This document shows, one piece after another, positions 33,593 through 44,238 of a stretch of 64,000 bases of DNA; the first letter of the stretch is position 1; each line of letters starts with the position of its first letter. The notes under the pieces were generated by a model that saw only the letters and a list, made by a program, of their open reading frames with translations, did not search any database and was not told the origin of the DNA. The stretch is from a virus (lineage: Duplodnaviria; Caudoviricetes): positions 1 through 64,000 of the IMG/VR virus record IMGVR_UViG_3300048855_000167; one strand, 5' to 3'. The position numbers and the translations under genes are program-made.

Positions 33593-33847
33593 GTGTTCAG
33601 ATCTCCATTCAGCATCACGCCGGTGACGGACGGGCGAGGCGTGGTCACTGGCACCAGGTACTTCTTCGACGAGCTCGACGAGGATCAACGTGAGGAAATC
33701 ATTCGCAAAATTCCTCGATCGTTCCGGCTGACGACGAAGAAGAATAATTCTCCGGGTCGGGCAAGAAATGACCAGGCGCCACCGGGCGGATACCCCGCGC
33801 CGTGCGAAATCATTCTACGGATCGCATCACGAGAATGCGCAACGTAG
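33593..33847 (+). CDS. Hypothetical protein
   Basis: GTG after GAGGA SD. Confidence 0.35.
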   Translation: MFRSPFSITPVTDGRGVVTGTRYFFDELDEDQREEIIRKIPRSFRLTTKKNNSPGRARNDQAPPGGYPAPCEIILRIASRECAT

Positions 33848-33873
33848 AACAATCATATCGTTTGGGGTCTCGG

Positions 33874-34563
33874 ATGCGCATCGTGGTCGGTCGATCGAAC
33901 ATGTCGGCGCTTAGGCGCTTCGAGGAAATGGCAAAGCTGCTCGCAAGTCCTCGAGCCAAATCGGAACTGATGCGCGGCGTGATCGACGCAGGCCGCAGGA
34001 CGAAGACGCCAGTGCAGCGCGCGGTCTTTCGGCAGATGGCGCTGAAGCCTGGCAACTACAACAGCTACGTCGTGGCCGGCACGAGAGGCGTACCTCGCAA
34101 GGAGCTCCTGGCTTACGACATCTTCGGTATGAAGGGCGGCGCCAAGATCGAGGCTTACAAGGGCCTGCGCGCAGTAAGCCGAGGCAATAAGCTGAACGTC
34201 GGCCGCAAGGGCGGTGATCGCGGCGTGGTCCGATCCGGCGTCTGGAACAACCCGCGCATCTTCAAGCGCTCGTTCGAAGGCACTGCCGGCGGCTTCTATG
34301 CGATGCGGCCGGCGAGCGCCGGGACATCGAGCCGCGCACCGAAAGCGCTGTGGACGTTCGGCCTGAAGGTCAGCCAGCCGAGAGGCGCGCGCGGACGGTT
34401 CGAAGCGACCAACGTCCAGTATGGCAAGGTCCGCAAGCTCTTCGGCCCGGCGCTGATGAAGGAAATCCCGGAGGACCAGTCGCTCATGACCTTCATGACG
34501 CAAGGCCCGATGCACCTCGAGCAGCAGGTGATGAAGCGGGTAACGAAACTGATGAGGTACTGA
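33874..34563 (+). CDS. gpZ-like minor tail/neck protein
   Basis: Basic protein with KLFGPALMKE motif; start uncertain (33802/33874/33901). Confidence 0.55.
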   Translation: MRIVVGRSNMSALRRFEEMAKLLASPRAKSELMRGVIDAGRRTKTPVQRAVFRQMALKPGNYNSYVVAGTRGVPRKELLAYDIFGMKGGAKIEAYKGLRAVSRGNKLNVGRKGGDRGVVRSGVWNNPRIFKRSFEGTAGGFYAMRPASAGTSSRAPKALWTFGLKVSQPRGARGRFEATNVQYGKVRKLFGPALMKEIPEDQSLMTFMTQGPMHLEQQVMKRVTKLMRY

Positions 34564-35147
34564 TGGTGGCCCGGACTAAAAACGCCGCAGCACCGGTGAA
34601 GTCGTCCACGAAGGCCCTCAAGCCCTTGAAAACCAAGGCGGGGAAGGCGGACGAAAAAACGGCCGTCGACGAGATGGTCGTCAACCAGACCGAAATGGCT
34701 GCCGTCCTGGGCGTGACCACGCGGTGGCTCCGGGAGCAAACCGCGGCTGGCATCGTCCCAACGGAAGGACGAGGGCGCTTCAAGATCGGCGCCGTCGTCC
34801 AAGCATACATCGCCTACTCCAAGGAAGGGGCGGTGAAAAAGACCGGGACCGAGAGCCTGGACGATCTCCGAAAAGAAAAGGCCCTCGACATCCGCCTCGC
34901 TCGAGCGCGGAAGGATCGTGAAGTCATCGCCCTCGACGAAGCCATCAGCACGGCAGAGGAGTTGGCTGGCTTGTTCGTCTCCTCGCTCGTCGGTCTCCCA
35001 GCACAGATAACGGGGGTGCCGAGAGAGCGGCAACGGCTGAATGACATCTTCGACGCAGAGCGCTTACGCCTCACCGATCGTTTCACCAAAAGGATCGCAA
35101 CTCTTCGCACGGGCGAGGAAGATCCTGACTCCACGGCCGAGGACTAA
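34563..35147 (+). CDS. Terminase small subunit (Nu1-like)
   Basis: Winged HTH VNQTEMAAVLGVTTRWLRE, then coiled coil. Confidence 0.8.
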   Translation: MVARTKNAAAPVKSSTKALKPLKTKAGKADEKTAVDEMVVNQTEMAAVLGVTTRWLREQTAAGIVPTEGRGRFKIGAVVQAYIAYSKEGAVKKTGTESLDDLRKEKALDIRLARARKDREVIALDEAISTAEELAGLFVSSLVGLPAQITGVPRERQRLNDIFDAERLRLTDRFTKRIATLRTGEEDPDSTAED

Positions 35148-37113
35148 CCCGGTCGAGTGGGGCAAAACCCGCGAATACAAGGAAACGGCCGGGCATCCCG
35201 GACCGCGCAACCCCTACAAGACGCCGTACATGGTGCCTTTCGCCATGCGGGTTCATGCGCGCACTCACAAGCGCGTCGTCATGGTGGTGTCGGCGCAGTC
35301 CGGAAAATCGGAAACGTTCCTGGACCTGATGGGCGAGCGCCTGGACACGGCGCCGGTGCCGATCATCTACGTCGGCCCCTCGAAGCGATTCATCACCGAG
35401 CAGTGGGAGCCCCGAATCCTCGAGTTGATGACCGAGACGTCGCTCAAGGATCGGGTCGGCGCCAAGAGCCGGCAGACCAAGAGCCGCAAATTCATCAACG
35501 GTGTCCCGCTTCGCCTGGCACACGGCGGCTCGACCGGCGCCATGAAATCCGACCCGTTCGGCATGGCGCTCACTGACGAAGCCGACGAGCTCATGAAGGA
35601 GCTCAAGGGGCAGGGTAACCCGATCGGCCTGATCGATGCGCGCGGCGACACCTACGCAGACTTCGTGCATGCGATCACGTCAACGCCGAGCGAGGGGGTG
35701 GCTGAAGTGGAAGTCGACCCTGAAAGCGGCCTGGAGTTTTGGGGCGAGAGCGATCCGGAAGAGGTCAAGTCGACCGTCTGGCGCCTCTGGATGACCGGCA
35801 CCCGGTACCATTGGGCATGGCCTTGCCCGCACTGTGGCGAGTATTTTATCCCGCGCTTCACCTGCCTCGGCTGGGAAAAGCCGAGGGACAAGGACGACCG
35901 GGAGCTGCCGTCGACGCCGATCATGGCGATGCAGACCGCGCACCTGGTTTGTCCGCACGGCTGCGTGATCTTCGAAAACGAGACGGTCACCGTCGAGCCG
36001 GCCAACCTGCCGGCGAAGGAATGGATGAACACCCGCGGCGTCTATGTTGCCCCAGGCCAGAAGATCCTCGCTGACGGCACAGTCGAGGGCCCCGTCCCGG
36101 AAGCGACAACGGTCAGCTATTGGGTGTCGGGCTTGTGCTCTCCGTTCGTGCCGTGGGGCGAGCGCGCTCAGCGCTACGTGGAAGCGGTACGATCGGGCAA
36201 CCCTGGCGACATCGCGGCCGTCAAGAACCAGGGCTTCGGCGAACTCTATTCGCCAGGTGGCGGCGCGGTACCGGAGTGGAAGGAAGTCGCCGCGCGGGCC
36301 AGCCCGGACTATCGCTGCGATGAGATCGCAGAAGGTGTCCGCGTCCTAACGCTCACTGCCGACGTCCAGAAGGACCGGATCTATTACACAATCCGCGGAT
36401 GGGGAGCGCACGGGACGTCTTGGCTGGTGAAGGCCGGCGAATTGTACGGGTCGACCGAAGAGCTCGAGGTCTGGAACGACCTGGCAGTGGTCGTCACAGA
36501 CACCTACGACGGCATCCCGATCCGGTTGGCGCTGGTCGACTCCGGCTTCCGGCCCGGCAAGAAATTCGTCGTTCCAGAGCACCGTGTCTATGCGTTCGCT
36601 CGTCGCTTCCCCCAGCTTGTGAGGGCGACGAAGGGCGCATCGACAACGATGAGAAAGCCGATCAGCACCAACACGATCGACATCAACATCGACGGCAAGG
36701 ACATCAAGAAGGGCCTCGAGCTGGTCCGCCTCGACACCGATTACTTCAAGAGCTGGGTGCAGCAGAAGATCCGGTGGCTCGATGACCAACCCGGCTCCTG
36801 GTACCTGCCCGAGGATATTTCGGAAGATTACTGCAAGCAGATGGTCTCCGAAGCTCGAGTCCGCGCACCGGGCGGCAAAGTCAAATGGATCATGAAGTCG
36901 AAGGCGAACCACTACTTCGACTGTGAGGCCATGCAGGGCGCAGCGTGCATGCTGCTCAACCTGACGAAACTGAGAGATGGACCGCCGCAGCGTCGGCGCC
37001 CCGTCCAAGAGCAACCAGCATCACCACAAGAATTGGCTCGGCCGGCGCAACCCAACAAGGGGGGCAGCCGTCCCTCCAGCTATTGGGGAGGTGCTTCAGA
37101 CAGGTATTGGTGA
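35041..37113 (+). CDS. Terminase large subunit (gpA family)
   Basis: SAQSGKSE, LTDEADE, STP, CPHCGE, LTADVQ, LVDSG, NHYFDCE. Confidence 0.93.
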   Translation: MTSSTQSAYASPIVSPKGSQLFARARKILTPRPRTNPVEWGKTREYKETAGHPGPRNPYKTPYMVPFAMRVHARTHKRVVMVVSAQSGKSETFLDLMGERLDTAPVPIIYVGPSKRFITEQWEPRILELMTETSLKDRVGAKSRQTKSRKFINGVPLRLAHGGSTGAMKSDPFGMALTDEADELMKELKGQGNPIGLIDARGDTYADFVHAITSTPSEGVAEVEVDPESGLEFWGESDPEEVKSTVWRLWMTGTRYHWAWPCPHCGEYFIPRFTCLGWEKPRDKDDRELPSTPIMAMQTAHLVCPHGCVIFENETVTVEPANLPAKEWMNTRGVYVAPGQKILADGTVEGPVPEATTVSYWVSGLCSPFVPWGERAQRYVEAVRSGNPGDIAAVKNQGFGELYSPGGGAVPEWKEVAARASPDYRCDEIAEGVRVLTLTADVQKDRIYYTIRGWGAHGTSWLVKAGELYGSTEELEVWNDLAVVVTDTYDGIPIRLALVDSGFRPGKKFVVPEHRVYAFARRFPQLVRATKGASTTMRKPISTNTIDINIDGKDIKKGLELVRLDTDYFKSWVQQKIRWLDDQPGSWYLPEDISEDYCKQMVSEARVRAPGGKVKWIMKSKANHYFDCEAMQGAACMLLNLTKLRDGPPQRRRPVQEQPASPQELARPAQPNKGGSRPSSYWGGASDRYW

Positions 37114-37346
37114 TGGCTGACACACCTCCACTCGATTTGCTTACGCCGGAGGAGAAGCAGGGTTTCCTGCGTGATCTGAAGGAAGCCTACTACTCCGGCA
37201 CGCATCGTGTTCGCTTCCGTGAGCGCGATGTCACCTACCGCAAACTCGAAGAGATGAAAGCCATCATCGACGAGCTTGAGGACGCCCTGAAACCGGTCCG
37301 GCGGCCACGCGCTGCTGTCTTCACCACGTTCGGCCGGGGGTACTGA
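37113..37346 (+). CDS. gpW-like head-tail joining protein
   Basis: RVRFRERDVTYRKLEEMK; between terminase and portal. Confidence 0.8.
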   Translation: MADTPPLDLLTPEEKQGFLRDLKEAYYSGTHRVRFRERDVTYRKLEEMKAIIDELEDALKPVRRPRAAVFTTFGRGY

Positions 37347-38905
37347 TGTCCAACTTCCTCGACAGAACCATCGGCTTTTTCAGCCCCGAAAGGGGAGCGA
37401 AGCGGGTTGCAGCACGGAAGCGGATGGAGGTGTTGGATGGAGTTCGTGGATACGAAGGCGCGTCGAGTGGGCGGCTGGCTCAAGGCTGGCGCACGATTGG
37501 CGGAGACGCAAACAGCGAAATTTCGAGAGCGGGTCAAACGCTCCGGGATCGATCGCGCGATGCTGTCCGCAATCATCCGCTCGCGGCAAAGATCGTAACC
37601 ATCCACGCCAACAACTTCGTCGGCTTCGGCATCACGCCGCAGTTCAAAACCGGTGATGCCGACCGCGACAAGAAGCTCACCGAGCTCTTCGACGAGTGGT
37701 CGAAGGTCTGCCACGTCGACGGCTCGACCGATTTCTATGGTCTGGTTTACCTCCTGGCACGCATGATGGTGCAGGACGGCGAGCTCTACATCCGCAAGCG
37801 CACGCGCTTGATGAGCGATGGTTTGCCGGTGCCGCTACAGCTGCAGGTGCTCGATAGCGAGTTCTGCGATTGGGCCAAGACCGTCGTGGTCAGCGGCAAC
37901 CAGGTCATCAACGGCATCGAGTACGACGCGATCGGCCGACGCCGCGGTTACTGGTTCTACCCGCAGAACCCGAAGGGCGGCTTCTCGCTGCTCGGAACGG
38001 TTGGAATCAGCAGCTTCGTCCCGGCAACCGATGTGGCTCACGTCTTCGAGCCGCAGACGAACCAGATCCATGGGGTGCCGTGGCTGGCGCCGGTGCTGAC
38101 CGAGCTGAAAGATCTCAGGGACTACGAGCTCGCGGAGAACATCCGCAAGAAGATCGAGGCCTGCTCTGTGGGCACCGTCGTTCCTGGTGATACCGAGAAC
38201 GACGACGACCCCAACGTGGGTATTGCAGAAACAGCGGTGCCAGGGGTCGATCGGCCGGCGGTCACCGACATCTACGGCAATCCGCTGGAGCGGATGGAGC
38301 CGGGGATGTGGCACGTCCTGACCGGTGGCAAGGACATCAAGTTCAACACCCCGGCGGTTTCGGCGGGCATGGAAGCGTACATCCGCACTCGTCACCGCAG
38401 CATCGCTGCTGGCGCGCGGGTCACCTACGAGCTCATGACCGGCGATTTCAGCCAGGCCAATTTCGCATCGGGCAAGCTCGGCCTGCTCGAGTACCAGCGG
38501 TTCGTAGGTCATGTGCAGTGGCACATCCTGATCCCGCAAGCACTCGACAAGATCGGCGCTTGGTTCATCGAGGCCGCAAAACTCTCCGGGAAACTTCCGG
38601 CGAACGTGGCGGTGAAGATCGAATGGACGCCCCCCGAGGTCGAAAGCATCACCCGTCTCGACGACGCCCGCGCAGATCTCCTCGAGGTCCGCATGGGCAA
38701 GCGCTCCATGCCCGAGATCATCGCCAAGACCGGACGCGATCCAGCGACCGTGCTCAAGGAGACTGACGAGTGGAGCGCCAAGGTCGACGCGACCGCCACC
38801 AAGCTCATCCTCGATTCCGATCCGCGCAAGGTTACCAACCAAGGCCAGCTGCAGATGACGAAACAGGGTGGCGACAACGGAGAAACCGATGCCCCAAGCT
38901 CTTAG
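37346..38905 (+). CDS. Portal protein, lambda family
   Basis: YEGAS, LRDRSRDAVRNHP, HGVPWLAPV, NFASGK. Confidence 0.93.
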   Translation: MSNFLDRTIGFFSPERGAKRVAARKRMEVLDGVRGYEGASSGRLAQGWRTIGGDANSEISRAGQTLRDRSRDAVRNHPLAAKIVTIHANNFVGFGITPQFKTGDADRDKKLTELFDEWSKVCHVDGSTDFYGLVYLLARMMVQDGELYIRKRTRLMSDGLPVPLQLQVLDSEFCDWAKTVVVSGNQVINGIEYDAIGRRRGYWFYPQNPKGGFSLLGTVGISSFVPATDVAHVFEPQTNQIHGVPWLAPVLTELKDLRDYELAENIRKKIEACSVGTVVPGDTENDDDPNVGIAETAVPGVDRPAVTDIYGNPLERMEPGMWHVLTGGKDIKFNTPAVSAGMEAYIRTRHRSIAAGARVTYELMTGDFSQANFASGKLGLLEYQRFVGHVQWHILIPQALDKIGAWFIEAAKLSGKLPANVAVKIEWTPPEVESITRLDDARADLLEVRMGKRSMPEIIAKTGRDPATVLKETDEWSAKVDATATKLILDSDPRKVTNQGQLQMTKQGGDNGETDAPSS

Positions 38906-41102
38906 AGAGGCAATCGAGAAAGAAATCCGCATCCCGAAGAGCTTCGGCGAGGTCGAGGTGCGGGCCGACACCTTCAACGAGAATGATCGCACAGTCGAGG
39001 TTTGCTGGTCCACCGGCGCCAAGGTGAAGCGATATTCCTGGGATGAAGGCTACTACATGGAAGAGCTGCAGGTGGACAAGAAAGCTGTCCGCCTCGATCG
39101 GTTCAGCGCGATGTCGTTGCTCGACACGCACGACAACTACTCCATGGATTCGAGGCTGGGCACTGTCGTCCCAGGCTCGGTTCGCTTCGAGAACGGCAAG
39201 GCTTACGCGCGCATCAAGTTCTCGAGGAAGCAGCGCGCCGAAGAGATCATGCAGGACATCCGCGACGGACATCCCCTGCCGATCTCGGTTGGCTACAAAA
39301 TCCACCGGTACGAGAAGACCGAAGGTGCAGACGGGCAGCTGCCTGTGCTGAGGGCGATCGATTGGGAGCCGCTTGAATTGTCGGCGGTACCGATCCCGGC
39401 GGACGCCGGAGCAATCTCCAGATCCGAGCCGGACGGCAAGGACTTCGAAACCGTCCTGGTCCGGCAGGACTCACCCCACGCGGCCGTGCCCGCAACTACG
39501 AAGGAAAGACCCATGAATAAGCGCGAAGCCGCGAAGCAGTACAAGGGTGATCAGCTGGACGCCCTTGCCATTGGTGCAGGTATTTCCCGCAAGGAAAACG
39601 AGACGGACGAGGCCCTGCGCGCTCGCCTGCTCGATGCCTTCGACAAGGAAGACCGCGCCGCTGAAGAAGCCGAAACGGCTCGTAAGGCTGCCGAAACCGA
39701 AGCCGCTCGCCGCGCCGCTGACGAAGAAACGCAGCGCCGCGCCGGTCAGCAGCAGCAGCAGGTGCCCCCGACGCAGCAGGGCACACTGACCGCGCAGCAG
39801 GCCGCCGAGCAGGCCCGCCAAGCTGTCGAAGCCGAGCGCCAGCGCAACGCTGACATCGAGGCGTTCGCCCGCACCGCGGGCCTGAAGGCTGACGACGAGC
39901 TGGTGAAGAAGGCTCTGAAGGACGGTCAGTCCATGGAGCAGTTCCGCAATGCGGTGCTCGACAAGATGGTGGCCGACCAGGGTCGCTCCCCGACCTTCCC
40001 GCACAGCGAGACCCGTGGCATGCAGGACGCACAGGAAACCATGCGCCGTATGGTCGCCAACGCAATCCTGCACCGCTCCGGCATGGTCGAGAAGCTGGAA
40101 GACGGCGCTCGTGAATGGCGTGCGATGTCGACGATGGACATCGTCAAGGAAATCCTCCGGGCCCGCGGCGAAAGCACCCGAGGCTCTCTGCATGACGTCG
40201 CCGAGCGCGGCCTCCATTCGACGAGCGATTTCCCGATCATCCTCGGCGATATCACCCGCCAGACGCTTCTGACGGCTTACGGTCGCTACGAGAATACCTT
40301 CCAGCTTTTCGCCACCCGGACCCTGCTGTCCGACTTCCGCGAAACGAAGGTTCTCGATATCGGCAGCGCGCCGGATCTGAAGCTGAAGAACGAGCACGGC
40401 GAGTTCACCAGCGGGACGATTCGCGAGAGCGAAGAAGGCATGCGGCTCCAGTCGTATGGTCGCAAGATCGGGTTCACCCGTGAGATGCTGATCAACGACC
40501 AGCTCAATGCCTTTATGTCGCTCGTCTCGAATTGGGGCCTGAAGGCCGCCAAGCTCGAAGGCGACGTCGTGTGGGGCGCCATCATCGACAACGCCAAGCT
40601 GAAGGATGGCAAGGGCCTGTTCCACGCCGACCACAAGAACTTGGCTGCGTCCGGCACCGCGCTCGACAAGGCGAACCTGATCAAGGCGCGCAAGGCCTTC
40701 CGTCAGCAGAAGGATATCGATGGCGAGTCGATCGACATCGCGCCGAAGTATCTGTTCACCGGTTCCGAACTGGAAATCGATGCGCAGACTATCATCGCTG
40801 CCGCCTACACCCCGAACACCGCAGGGGACGTTACTCCGCAGGCGATCAAGTCGCTGGTTCCGGTCTACGAGTATCGTCTCGACAAGATCTCCACCGCTGC
40901 GTGGTTCCTGTTCGCTGAGCAGCAGGCAACGATGGGTCGCGGCATCAAGTACTTGCACCTGGTTGGCTCTGAAGCCCCGCGCACCAATGAGCGCATCGGC
41001 TTCGACGTCGAGGGTGTCGAGTACACGATCGCTCACGATTTCGGCGTCGGCCTGGACGACTACCGGTTCGCCTACAAGAATCCGGGTGTCGCCCCGACCT
41101 GA
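38868..41102 (+). CDS. Prohead protease-major capsid fusion
   Basis: LLDTHD, SVGY, ELSAVPIPAD protease; STSDFPIIL...YGR capsid. Confidence 0.9.
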   Translation: MATTEKPMPQALREAIEKEIRIPKSFGEVEVRADTFNENDRTVEVCWSTGAKVKRYSWDEGYYMEELQVDKKAVRLDRFSAMSLLDTHDNYSMDSRLGTVVPGSVRFENGKAYARIKFSRKQRAEEIMQDIRDGHPLPISVGYKIHRYEKTEGADGQLPVLRAIDWEPLELSAVPIPADAGAISRSEPDGKDFETVLVRQDSPHAAVPATTKERPMNKREAAKQYKGDQLDALAIGAGISRKENETDEALRARLLDAFDKEDRAAEEAETARKAAETEAARRAADEETQRRAGQQQQQVPPTQQGTLTAQQAAEQARQAVEAERQRNADIEAFARTAGLKADDELVKKALKDGQSMEQFRNAVLDKMVADQGRSPTFPHSETRGMQDAQETMRRMVANAILHRSGMVEKLEDGAREWRAMSTMDIVKEILRARGESTRGSLHDVAERGLHSTSDFPIILGDITRQTLLTAYGRYENTFQLFATRTLLSDFRETKVLDIGSAPDLKLKNEHGEFTSGTIRESEEGMRLQSYGRKIGFTREMLINDQLNAFMSLVSNWGLKAAKLEGDVVWGAIIDNAKLKDGKGLFHADHKNLAASGTALDKANLIKARKAFRQQKDIDGESIDIAPKYLFTGSELEIDAQTIIAAAYTPNTAGDVTPQAIKSLVPVYEYRLDKISTAAWFLFAEQQATMGRGIKYLHLVGSEAPRTNERIGFDVEGVEYTIAHDFGVGLDDYRFAYKNPGVAPT

Positions 41103-41180
41103 TCGGCGGATCAACCTTGAAACACGAGGCGCTGGCTAATCACCGGCGCCTTTCCTTTTTGCGAACAACGGGAGATCCCC

Positions 41181-41510
41181 ATGCGCAATTTCATTCAGCC
41201 CGGCAAGGTGCTCACGATGGTGGCGCCGGTCGGTGGTGTCGTCAGCGGCAATTTCTACAAGTTCGGCGCCATCTTCGGCGTGGCCGCCACCTCCGCCGCA
41301 GAAGGCAAGGCATTCGAGCTCTCGACCGGTGAGGTCTACGAGCTGCCGAAGACGTCCGCCGAGGCTTGGGTCACCGGTGACGTGATCTATGCGACCCCGC
41401 TCGGCATCATGACGACCGCCTCCTCGGGTAACACCAAGGTCGGCGTTGCCGTCCAGGCAGCCGCCAATCCGTCCGGCTCTGGTCTCGTTCGTCTGAACGA
41501 CAACTTCTAA
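41181..41510 (+). CDS. DUF2190 capsid cement protein
   Basis: MRNFIQPGKVLT...GEVYELPK...VRLN. Confidence 0.85.
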   Translation: MRNFIQPGKVLTMVAPVGGVVSGNFYKFGAIFGVAATSAAEGKAFELSTGEVYELPKTSAEAWVTGDVIYATPLGIMTTASSGNTKVGVAVQAAANPSGSGLVRLNDNF

Positions 41511-41564
41511 TCGCCTGCCGGCGGCTCTTAGGGACTGCCGCAACTCCCACAAGGAATTAGGAAA

Positions 41565-41828
41565 ATGACGAAGAAGACCGCAGCTAAGGCCGACCTCTCG
41601 AAGGGCTACGTGGCCGCATTGGACACCATCTTCGAAGGCAAGCCGGTTCGCGAAGGCGTGCCTGTCGACGTCAAGGGCATGGCCGAAGAGCGCGTCCAGG
41701 AATACCTCGACGCCGGCTTGATCGAGCTCCCGGACGAGCCGTCGAAGGAGGCCGTGGAAACGAGCAAGCAGCTCTCGGAAGAAGCCGCAAAGATCGACAC
41801 CTCCGGCGACAAGCGCACCGAAAAGTAA
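41565..41828 (+). CDS. Hypothetical (FI-like) head protein
   Basis: Strong SD; position after capsid genes. Confidence 0.6.
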   Translation: MTKKTAAKADLSKGYVAALDTIFEGKPVREGVPVDVKGMAEERVQEYLDAGLIELPDEPSKEAVETSKQLSEEAAKIDTSGDKRTEK

Positions 41829-41838
41829 GGGGCAGGCA

Positions 41839-42261
41839 ATGGCACTCTTCAACCGCCTGGACAAATTGACGAGCCGGGCGGTTGATACCGTCAACGCCAC
41901 CCGCTTCGTGCTCACGCCGATGACGAGCACGCCGAACGGTCGCACCCAACGCGACTCCAACCGGCAGATCATCGATGGCCGCGGCATCTTCGACTATGTC
42001 GAGATGGAATACGGCGTGCAGCTCGGCGTGCGCAAATCTTACCGAGAGGGCAATGACCTTCGGTCCGTCCAGTCTGGACGAGATCCGCAGTTATCGGTTG
42101 ACCGCAAATATTTCGGAAGCTTGTCCGAGGAGGCGCTGCAGGGCGACATCGTCAAGTTTCCGGATGACCCCGACCTTCCAGATTTTCAGGTGACGAAGGC
42201 GCAGCGTGACGGGTTGACCCGCATAAAGCTCGACCTCGTCCAGATAGGAGGACAGGCATGA
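41839..42261 (+). CDS. Head-tail adaptor/closure-like protein
   Basis: Position and beta-rich 140 aa. Confidence 0.55.
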   Translation: MALFNRLDKLTSRAVDTVNATRFVLTPMTSTPNGRTQRDSNRQIIDGRGIFDYVEMEYGVQLGVRKSYREGNDLRSVQSGRDPQLSVDRKYFGSLSEEALQGDIVKFPDDPDLPDFQVTKAQRDGLTRIKLDLVQIGGQA

Positions 42262-43022
42262 GCCTGAACCGCTTGGTAGCGCGGCTCTCCGTCGTGTCCG
42301 CCCTGAACAATTACCTCACGGCGCCCTGGCCGACGCTGGCCGGTCCGAACATCTTCGACTCCAAGATCGAGCCGGTCGAGGATATGAAGCTGGACCGCGC
42401 GTTCCCGTGTGCCGTTGTCTACACCGACTACGACAAGGACCATTGGGCGAAAGCTGACAGCGATCGCAAGCACCGCCTCATGACGGTCACCATCGAACTG
42501 CTGATCGTTCAAGTGGCGGAGCAGATCGAGACAGAAGGTCAGCCGACTCGCTATCAGCTCGAGACGCCGACCACGGACAGCGAGATCGAAACCTCGCTTG
42601 ACATATTCGAGGTGCAGATCTTCCGCGCGCTCAACGCCGGCAACGTGGCGAGCGACTGCTTCAACTATCTGTGCACGTCCTACGACAATGTGATCAGCCG
42701 CCGCGGTGCATCGATTGAGGGCGGCCAGCGCCTGGCAGCGCGCCAGCTCACGCTCGAAATGAAGACGCCGCGGGACAATATCAAAGGGGTCATCCCGGAG
42801 CAGATCGCGGCATTCCTCAACAAGCTGGAGGAGCATGCGGACTACGGAGACCGCGTCGACGACATCCGCGCCATGTTCACCGCTACCGCTTCCGAGACGG
42901 CGGGGGAGAAGGCACGGAAGGCTTACGGCTATTCGACGGATGTCGGCAGGATGCTCGGCTACGAGCCTGGGCCAGAGGTGCTCCTGCCGCCGAACCTGAC
43001 CTTCCAGCTCAAGGGAGGTTGA
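42258..43022 (+). CDS. Tail completion/terminator-like protein
   Basis: PCAVVYTD motif; position. Confidence 0.5.
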   Translation: MSLNRLVARLSVVSALNNYLTAPWPTLAGPNIFDSKIEPVEDMKLDRAFPCAVVYTDYDKDHWAKADSDRKHRLMTVTIELLIVQVAEQIETEGQPTRYQLETPTTDSEIETSLDIFEVQIFRALNAGNVASDCFNYLCTSYDNVISRRGASIEGGQRLAARQLTLEMKTPRDNIKGVIPEQIAAFLNKLEEHADYGDRVDDIRAMFTATASETAGEKARKAYGYSTDVGRMLGYEPGPEVLLPPNLTFQLKGG

Positions 43023-43026
43023 GGAC

Positions 43027-43587
43027 ATGAGCTACGAGGTGGTCTTCCGCCGACTGCTCGACCGTATTGAGCTCCTCGAGCGCACCCTTCAGCGTGTCCA
43101 GACCCGTCAGAACAGCATGTTCCGCGAGGGCGTTGTCACGTCGGTCGATGCTGAAAACTATACCGCGATTGTCGATGCACACGGGATTGAGAGCAAGCCC
43201 GTCCCCTGGCTGCAGCAGGCCGGAGAGATCAACGAATGGACGCCGCCATCAAAGGGGCAGCGGGTCGTCCTCGTTTCGCCCGGCGGGGACATGGGGAAAG
43301 CATTCATTCTGCCCGGAGGCTTCACCGACCAGGTGAAGCAACCGCACGACAAGAAAGCCGAGAAGCGTGTGACGATCGGGGGCTGTGTCCTCACGCAGTC
43401 GGCTTCCGGCGTTGTGCTCGACGTCGACGGCACGAAATTCGAATTCACCGCCGACGGATTCAAGCAGATCGGCGGCGACCAGATCCACGAGGGTGGCAAG
43501 CAAGAGCATGACGGCTTGAACGTCGGCAGCACGCACGTCCACGGCGGCATTCGCGTCGGCGAACAGGACACCAAAACCCCTCACTGA
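43027..43587 (+). CDS. Baseplate spike gpV
   Basis: WTPPSKGQRVVLVSPGGD; C-terminal HVH. Confidence 0.88.
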   Translation: MSYEVVFRRLLDRIELLERTLQRVQTRQNSMFREGVVTSVDAENYTAIVDAHGIESKPVPWLQQAGEINEWTPPSKGQRVVLVSPGGDMGKAFILPGGFTDQVKQPHDKKAEKRVTIGGCVLTQSASGVVLDVDGTKFEFTADGFKQIGGDQIHEGGKQEHDGLNVGSTHVHGGIRVGEQDTKTPH

Positions 43588-43598
43588 AGGAGAAGACG

Positions 43599-43805
43599 AT
43601 GGAAAAGACGATCTATTACGCAGCGGCCGAGGGCCACATCCTGGGCAGCTGGCGTAAAGCCGGCGACCCCGTCGGCGAGCTGACGGATCGCGAAGCGAAG
43701 TATCTGGAGATGCACGGGACGATCTCCAAGACGAAGCCGGAAACGAGACGCAAGCCGCCTGCGCCGGAACCTGACCCGGCAGTGATTGAGCGGAAGACGC
43801 GCTAA
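43599..43805 (+). CDS. Hypothetical protein
   Basis: Strong SD; 68 aa. Confidence 0.65.
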   Translation: MEKTIYYAAAEGHILGSWRKAGDPVGELTDREAKYLEMHGTISKTKPETRRKPPAPEPDPAVIERKTR

Positions 43806-44221
43806 TGTCTCGAGTCGGGTTCGACGCGACGACCGGCCGCCTGCTCTATGGGTGGGACCACTGTGTCCAGAGCATCACCAAGATCCTGACCACTGAACTG
43901 CGCGAGCGGGTGCAGAGGCGGAGCTTCGGCTCCGTTCTCCCAAGAATGATCGACCGTCCACAGAACCAAGAGACGGTGATCGACATCTACATGGCCGTTG
44001 CGGAATCGCTCGAGCCCAGGGTGGTCGAAGGCCATCAGATGGGAGAGCCAGGCTTCGTGCTTCTGAGGACCAGCCTTGATGCTGGACAGGCCGGTCATCT
44101 CATCATGCTCGTCAGCGGCGTGTTTTTCGAGAACGGCCACCTCGGCGACTACAGCAACCCAGCCGCTCGTGAAATCTCCTTCGTGGTCACAAAGGACAGT
44201 TTGGAGATCGCCGCGGCTTAA
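43805..44221 (+). CDS. Baseplate wedge gp25/gpW-like
   Basis: SITKILTT...RVQRRSFGS. Confidence 0.85.
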   Translation: MSRVGFDATTGRLLYGWDHCVQSITKILTTELRERVQRRSFGSVLPRMIDRPQNQETVIDIYMAVAESLEPRVVEGHQMGEPGFVLLRTSLDAGQAGHLIMLVSGVFFENGHLGDYSNPAAREISFVVTKDSLEIAAA

Positions 44222-44238
44222 GCTCGAAAGGAAGGGCG

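Noticed and set aside
39471-41114. 547-aa antisense ORF over the capsid gene; likewise 47105..48550 (-), 37835..39022 (-), 27974..29479 (+), 3793..5136 (+), 5842..7116 (+)
   Set aside because: Shadow ORFs expected from GC-rich codon bias opposite well-supported genes; no motifs
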